Origin: Candidatus Latescibacterota bacterium
GTDB taxonomy: Bacteria > Latescibacterota > UBA2968 > UBA8231
Reading direction: 5' to 3'
Length of the DNA stretch: 64,000 bases
Assembly (NCBI GenBank): GCA_965261395.1
Contig: OZ253462.1
Span: 1,952,001 to 2,016,000 of the forward strand
The notes below the pieces were generated by a model. It saw nothing but the letters and a program-made list of their open reading frames with translations, was not told where the DNA came from and did no database searches. Positions 58,661-64,000 of this stretch are shown piece after piece (position 1 is the first letter of the stretch; each line of letters opens with the position of its first letter). The translations under genes were made by a program, and so were the position numbers.

Positions 58661-60751
58661 TTAGTAAACGACGGCTACGACGCGGCTTTGCTCAGCGTCG
58701 CCCGAATCCCCGGCGACAAAGACGCGGGCCACGTACAGGCCCGGGGGAACGGCTTGGCCTTGGTCGTCGCGACCGTCCCACACTTTGTCTGTGTAGTGGC
58801 CGTTGGCCTCGTCGCCGGCGAAGAGGACGCGCACGCGCTGGCCGCTCAAGTCGTAGAGCGCGACCTCGACCGGCCTCGGGGTGCTCAGCGCCAACAGGTT
58901 GTAGTAGATGACCGCCTCGTCGTTGATGCTGTCGCCATTGGGGGTAAAGGGGTTAGGCGCAGCCTTCACTTCGCCCAATAGCTGTCCTTCGGCCAATACG
59001 GACGGACTGAGCACCGTGGTGCCTGAAAAAGCGTCTTCGTCGCCCTCGCCCAAAAAGGCCACATTGCCCGGATCAATGACCTGAGCGGCACCCGGCTCGG
59101 TAGTGAGCCGCGCCGCAGCGGTGAAGTTGGTGCTGTACGTCAGCACGTTGGTCTGGAAGCGAACATGCACCTGCGTCTGGTCGTCGGTCACCACGGGGAA
59201 GCGCACGGCAAAGCGGTCGTCGGTCACCTCGGCAATGGCAAACTCTCCACTAGCCGCGTCGAGGCTAGCGAACTGATGCTCGGCCACGACCGCACCATCG
59301 CCATCAATAATCTGCACCGCGTCGATGCTCGACACCCGCGCCGGCGTGTCGATCTCAATGGTGTCGAAGCCGCGCAGGTCGGCGGTGCCCATGGCGGCGC
59401 GCGCGGCAAAGGTAAAGACCTCTTCCTCAGACACCGGGACCTCGCGCGGAAAGACCTCGCCGACCAAGGCGTCGGCAAACGGCGGCGTCAACAAGTCGAA
59501 GTTCAGCGACTCGATCACCCGCGCTGCCTCTAGGTCGCTGCTATTAAAAACGACCTCGAACTGCATGTAGCGGCGCGGACTGGGCGAGACAATGGGCCGG
59601 CCCGGGCCGTTGGCCGCGCTCGCCGGATAAGGCGTGCTGAAAGGACTCCAATTGATCAGGTCGTCGGTCACGGCCCCGGCCATCCACTCGCGGCCCGCAG
59701 CGTCGGTAATGGGCGTCTGACCGGCCTTTTGGGGAAATTTCCGGTACTCGGCTAGGCCCATTTCCTCCCCGGGGTTTTCCAGCGAAAAAGGAATGTCATC
59801 GGCGTCTTGCTTGCCGCGCAGTCGGCGAGTGTACACAAAGGGTGAGGTGTCCGTGCCCGTGCGCGTGCGGATCTGCGCGCTGGAGAAGCGCGGATCGCCC
59901 AACACCTCTTCCACCCAGCGCAGCGTGCCCCACACGGCTGGTTGCCCGGCGTCGAAGATGTCCGACACGTACTGGGCCCGCGACAGGAAGCCCTTGCCGA
60001 AAATCTCGATCTCGTCGATCTCAAAGTCTATCGGCGAGGTCGCCCGCAAGCGCAGGTGCTGGACGTAGCGCGGCGGGTCGAGCGGCACGTCGATAACCGC
60101 GACTTGGTTGTCGGTCTCGGCGATCAGCGGATCCCAGATGGGCGTGTCCTCGCTGGTCAAGTTCAGGCCGTCGTTGGTAAAAAGCTCATACGCTCGCAGG
60201 TAGTCGTTTTGAAAAGGGGTCGAGGGCGAAGACACGACTGTATTGCGCGGATAGATGCGTATCCGCTCCACCCCGAAGCGCGCCCCTAAATTGAGCAGGA
60301 CTAGGATGCCGAGGGAATTCTGATTCTTGCGCTCAAAGGCCAACAACTCGCCGCCCGGCTGGTCTGAGAGCAACTCCTTTAACATCATCTCCAAGTCGAG
60401 CGGCTTGAACGTACCGCTGAAGTCGAAGACATTGGGCGAATCGATGTCGCCGCCGCGCTCGATGGTGCCGACGGCCACGTTATCCCCCTCGGCAATGCGC
60501 AGCGGCAGGATGCTGTGGGCAAAGTCCTCGCGTGCGAATTCGACTAAGTCGCCGGGCGCGTTGCCCACCAGCAGGTTGTTGGGGTTCAAGGGCGAGCGGT
60601 GCTCGGCGTCAATGGTGGAGACGACTGCCTCGCCTTCACCTCGCCAGTCCAAGTCGCCGCCCTCCCCAATCGAGACCGCGTCGAGTGCCAAACTTCCGCT
60701 CGGCAGCCAGAGCACTAAGACGAGACCGACTGCGGCACAATACGCTTTCAT
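58661..60751 (-). CDS. Secreted protein with C-terminal FlgD-Ig/CTD-like domain
   Basis: Signal peptide, RTRTG, PNPFTPNGDSIND and WDGRDDQG..VPPGLY. Ends VAVVY. Confidence 0.75.
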   Translation of the reverse strand: MKAYCAAVGLVLVLWLPSGSLALDAVSIGEGGDLDWRGEGEAVVSTIDAEHRSPLNPNNLLVGNAPGDLVEFAREDFAHSILPLRIAEGDNVAVGTIERGGDIDSPNVFDFSGTFKPLDLEMMLKELLSDQPGGELLAFERKNQNSLGILVLLNLGARFGVERIRIYPRNTVVSSPSTPFQNDYLRAYELFTNDGLNLTSEDTPIWDPLIAETDNQVAVIDVPLDPPRYVQHLRLRATSPIDFEIDEIEIFGKGFLSRAQYVSDIFDAGQPAVWGTLRWVEEVLGDPRFSSAQIRTRTGTDTSPFVYTRRLRGKQDADDIPFSLENPGEEMGLAEYRKFPQKAGQTPITDAAGREWMAGAVTDDLINWSPFSTPYPASAANGPGRPIVSPSPRRYMQFEVVFNSSDLEAARVIESLNFDLLTPPFADALVGEVFPREVPVSEEEVFTFAARAAMGTADLRGFDTIEIDTPARVSSIDAVQIIDGDGAVVAEHQFASLDAASGEFAIAEVTDDRFAVRFPVVTDDQTQVHVRFQTNVLTYSTNFTAAARLTTEPGAAQVIDPGNVAFLGEGDEDAFSGTTVLSPSVLAEGQLLGEVKAAPNPFTPNGDSINDEAVIYYNLLALSTPRPVEVALYDLSGQRVRVLFAGDEANGHYTDKVWDGRDDQGQAVPPGLYVARVFVAGDSGDAEQSRVVAVVY

Positions 60752-60907
60752 TGCAATCCTCCGTGCGATTTGCTGCATAAAACAACCAAAGAGCGAGCAT
60801 AAATCAAGTTAAGCGCGGCTCGCCATGCGCTATATCCAAACTTGCCAAGCCGCCCTCTTCTTTCTTTATATTACTTTTATCTCATTTTATCTCAAGGAAA
60901 AGACGCC

Positions 60908-63028
60908 ATGCAGCGCATCATCGCTTCGTGTTTTCTGCTCGTCCTGTCGATTGTGCCAGCGCACAGTCGTGGGGAATTTCGCGTCGGAGGAGACGACGGC
61001 AATCCCTGGCCCAGCCTGCTGTCTGAAGAAGGGGCCGGCGAGTACTGGTTCTTCGATGCCGAAGGCCAGTTCGTGAGCACCGAACCCGTGGGTGTCACGC
61101 CCCACGGCGCAGCCGCCGACACCCTCATCGACTTTGCCGACAACGCCATCGGGCCGCGCTTCATCGACCCGACGGTCAACCTAACCCTGACCGATCCCAA
61201 TTCCTCGGCCATAAAGATTCCCCTGCCCTATATCGGCGGCGAAGCCCAGACCACCGATGGCTGTGGTGCTGTCGATAACCATACTCCCGTAGTCAAGAAG
61301 CAATTCGATGGCGATGTGACCACCGCTCACTTTCGCCGCTTCACCCCAGGCCAAGGCATCTTTAGTGGCGGCACGATCATCGCCGGGGTCACCGGCGAAG
61401 GCTGGAAACAAGCGGTCGTCATAGATTTTCGTGCGGCCGTGCCCGTCAACCGCATCCGCTTCTTTCCCCGCCTCGGCCAAGAGGACGACCTATTGCTCAT
61501 TAACGAACTCACCGAGCCTCGTCCCTCTTTGGAAGCCTTTGGCGTAGATAGCTTTGCCAGCAACTTTCTCGCTTGGTATGAAATCCGCGTCGGCGACAAT
61601 AATGCGCGTTTTGCCAACAGCCCCTGTGACAAGGTCAGCCGCGTCACCAAGGGTCTGAACTGGGTGCGCAACCAAGATCCCCAGCTCACGGTGCTCGAAT
61701 CCAATCGCGAAAATCTCGATCCAGTAGTCGAACTGAGCTTCCCCACCGAGTCAATTCGCTGGATCACGGCCCAAGCCTTCCCTTTGCGCGACTGGGAGGT
61801 CGCCGAATTCGAAGTGTACGGCGAGGGCTTCGTCGAGGAGACTGTCCTCGTCACTCAGATCCTCGACTTTGGCCAGCCGATCAACTGGGGCAAAATTCGC
61901 TGGGACGCCGACGTGCCCGAGGGCACCCGCATCGAGGTCCGCACCCGCACCGGCAACACCCCCGATCCCAGCCTCTACTTCGCCGAAAACATCAATGGCG
62001 ACATCCGTCCCATCACCTTGGCCGCCTACGGAAAACTCGACCCGTCCGGCCGCCTGCCCACCGTGTACGACACCGACAACTGGAGCTTTTGGTCGCCGCC
62101 CTACGACTTTGCCGCGGGCTTGCGCGACAGCGACGCGCCGGCTGAGGCATGGCGCGACGGCACGCCGCTTTTGTCGCCCGGGCCGAGCCGCTACATCCAG
62201 CTCTCTTTTCGCCTGTTTTCTACCTTTACCACCTCGCCCCGCATCCGCTCATTCACACTCCAATTCGGCAATGCACCGGCCGCCCGCGCAATCCTCGGCG
62301 AGGTGTGGCCCATTGCAGTCGATTCCTTCGCGCCCACGGAATTTACGTACGTTGTCCGGCCGGAATTCAGCGCCGATGACACTGGATTCGACCGGCTAGA
62401 GATCCGCACCCACGCCCAAGTCCGCGCCGTCTCTGCGGTCAAACGCGACGGCACCGAACTCGATTTGGACGCCTTTGTTCCAGATATCCAAGCCGACCGC
62501 CTCGTGGTGTCCTTCCCTCGCCTGCAAGGCGAAGAGGACAGTTTTAAACAGCTCGAAGTGAGCTTTGTCGTGCCAGTCTTGCGCTTTGGCACCGAGTTTT
62601 CGGGCTGGGTCTTCGACAGCGACGACCCCGACCAGATCAAACAACAAATTCGCCCGGGCAACGCCACCTTTCGCTTTTCGGGCGACGCCCTCGCCGTCAA
62701 CACGCCCGTCGGCGGCCGGCTCCTCGTCGATATTGCGGTGACTTCCAACCCGCTCACGCCGAATGGCGACGGACTGAACGAGACCTTGGAAATCGCCTAC
62801 AAGCTGCGCGAAGTCACGGCTAGTCGCCCGGTGCGGCTGGCGATCTACAACCTCGCCGGCCAACTCGTGGTCGAGTTGCCGTCCATCACTGCTCGCAGCG
62901 GCGAATTCGCCCATCGCTGGGACGGCCGCGACGCCGCTGGGCAGCTCGTACCCCCAGGCACCTATATCTGGCGGCTGCAACTAGAAGAGAAAGAAGAACG
63001 CACCGGCATCCTCGCGGTCGCTTATTGA
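60908..63028 (+). CDS. Secreted protein with C-terminal FlgD-Ig/CTD-like domain
   Basis: Signal peptide, RTRTG, NPLTPNGDGLNE and WDGRDAAG..VPPGTY. Ends LAVAY. Confidence 0.75.
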   Translation: MQRIIASCFLLVLSIVPAHSRGEFRVGGDDGNPWPSLLSEEGAGEYWFFDAEGQFVSTEPVGVTPHGAAADTLIDFADNAIGPRFIDPTVNLTLTDPNSSAIKIPLPYIGGEAQTTDGCGAVDNHTPVVKKQFDGDVTTAHFRRFTPGQGIFSGGTIIAGVTGEGWKQAVVIDFRAAVPVNRIRFFPRLGQEDDLLLINELTEPRPSLEAFGVDSFASNFLAWYEIRVGDNNARFANSPCDKVSRVTKGLNWVRNQDPQLTVLESNRENLDPVVELSFPTESIRWITAQAFPLRDWEVAEFEVYGEGFVEETVLVTQILDFGQPINWGKIRWDADVPEGTRIEVRTRTGNTPDPSLYFAENINGDIRPITLAAYGKLDPSGRLPTVYDTDNWSFWSPPYDFAAGLRDSDAPAEAWRDGTPLLSPGPSRYIQLSFRLFSTFTTSPRIRSFTLQFGNAPAARAILGEVWPIAVDSFAPTEFTYVVRPEFSADDTGFDRLEIRTHAQVRAVSAVKRDGTELDLDAFVPDIQADRLVVSFPRLQGEEDSFKQLEVSFVVPVLRFGTEFSGWVFDSDDPDQIKQQIRPGNATFRFSGDALAVNTPVGGRLLVDIAVTSNPLTPNGDGLNETLEIAYKLREVTASRPVRLAIYNLAGQLVVELPSITARSGEFAHRWDGRDAAGQLVPPGTYIWRLQLEEKEERTGILAVAY

Positions 63029-63153
63029 CAAACGGCGTTAAGTTGTTTATCCATTGAGGCACTAAGCGCGTGCCGAGCGCGCTGTATTTTTGTACATTTT
63101 GTACATATTGTTTTATACAGCATTTCTCACTTCTCCTAAGGAGGGTTTTCGCT

Positions 63154-64000
63154 ATGAAAGAGCGGAGCAAATTCGTCTTAGCGGCAGTCTTGGTCATGGG
63201 CCTGTGCGGTACGTCCTTTGGCCACGCGCCTCCCGGCGAGCTCTATTTCGCCGTGCAGTTCCCCGACAATCTCGTCCCCACCATGGACGGTGACCTGTCG
63301 GACTGGGACGTCGTGCCGATCGATCCGTACACGATCCGCAACGACCGCCTCTATTCGCCGGTGGCCGACATCCAGCCCGTGGGCCGTGGCGAAATCGATG
63401 TCAGCGACATTAACATCCGCCACCTCATCGGCTGGAACGACAGCGCCAACAAGCTCTACTACATGACCGAGGTCTTCGACAATGTCCACAACTTGGACCG
63501 CGAAAACCCCTCGGCCTTCTGGCAGGACGACGCCTGGGAAGTAGAGGTCAACCCGGACCACACGCCGACCGAGGACCATAACCTAGAAGGCGAGCCGGCC
63601 AACAACTTCAGCTACAAGTGGGCTGTGCCGCCGGTCGAAGGTGCCTATCAGTTCTACCGCCCGGTGAGCGCGCTCGAGTGGCTGGTAGATGGCAGCGAAT
63701 GGGTGGACTTTGGCTGGAGCTACGACGGCGAGCAGTTCGGCGAGAGCACCTATTATTACGAGCTAGCCATCACGCCGATCATCGCGTTGCCCAACGACGC
63801 GTCAGCCACCCCAGAGCAAGCCGTGGTTTTCGATCTCGCGGAAAACGAGATCATCCACACGTCCGTGACCGTGGGCGACTTCGACGAGGCTTGCACCGAG
63901 TGTGCGCTCGAAAGCTATCAGGGGTTCTGGACCATGTCGCCGGAAAGCTGCTGCACCGGGACCAATGACGTGGTGCTGGCAGAGATGGAGCCTTCGCTGG
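63154..64000 (+). CDS. Secreted CBM9/DOMON-like protein (runs off window end)
   Basis: AAGGAGG RBS. Manual translation MKERSKFVLAAVLVMG...PTMDGDLSDW...GWND...DDAWEVEVNPDH. Confidence 0.6.
   Translation, partial: MKERSKFVLAAVLVMGLCGTSFGHAPPGELYFAVQFPDNLVPTMDGDLSDWDVVPIDPYTIRNDRLYSPVADIQPVGRGEIDVSDINIRHLIGWNDSANKLYYMTEVFDNVHNLDRENPSAFWQDDAWEVEVNPDHTPTEDHNLEGEPANNFSYKWAVPPVEGAYQFYRPVSALEWLVDGSEWVDFGWSYDGEQFGESTYYYELAITPIIALPNDASATPEQAVVFDLAENEIIHTSVTVGDFDEACTECALESYQGFWTMSPESCCTGTNDVVLAEMEPSL

Overview
GC-rich bacterial window with three blocks. (1) 1-18.6 kb: catabolic and housekeeping genes (Gfo/Idh/MocA oxidoreductase, two PhyH dioxygenases, amidohydrolase plus Rieske protein, enolase-family protein, DUF2961/GH172, endonuclease III, PIG-L deacetylase, sugar ABC transporter). 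(2) 18.6-41.4 kb: a co-oriented defence island with no integrase. Its scaffold is an SNF2 helicase-nuclease, a DUF1156 methyltransferase and a DUF499 ATPase. Cargo lies between the scaffold genes: two paralogous AAA ATPase/PD-(D/E)XK genes, intact and decayed toxin-antitoxin pairs, ABC-type ATPases, a cluster of retropepsin-like aspartic proteases with small partner genes, and a CdnE + Cap15-type CBASS whose cyclase is split by an intact IS5-family element (16-bp IRs, TTA duplication). The cargo is punctuated by duplicated gene ends: a 62-bp copy of the helicase 3' end and four copies of a protease-3'/partner-5' junction. This suggests a cassette array that grows by recombination at gene ends. 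(3) 41.5-64 kb: an envelope/secretion locus (DUF6785-like membrane protein, PpiC PPIase, TPR proteins, GT-C glycosyltransferase, probable outer-membrane protein) with three paralogous secreted proteins sharing a FlgD/T9SS-CTD-like C-terminal domain. Gene content resembles Latescibacterota or related sponge-associated lineages (inference only). All family assignments come from motif recognition, not database searches.
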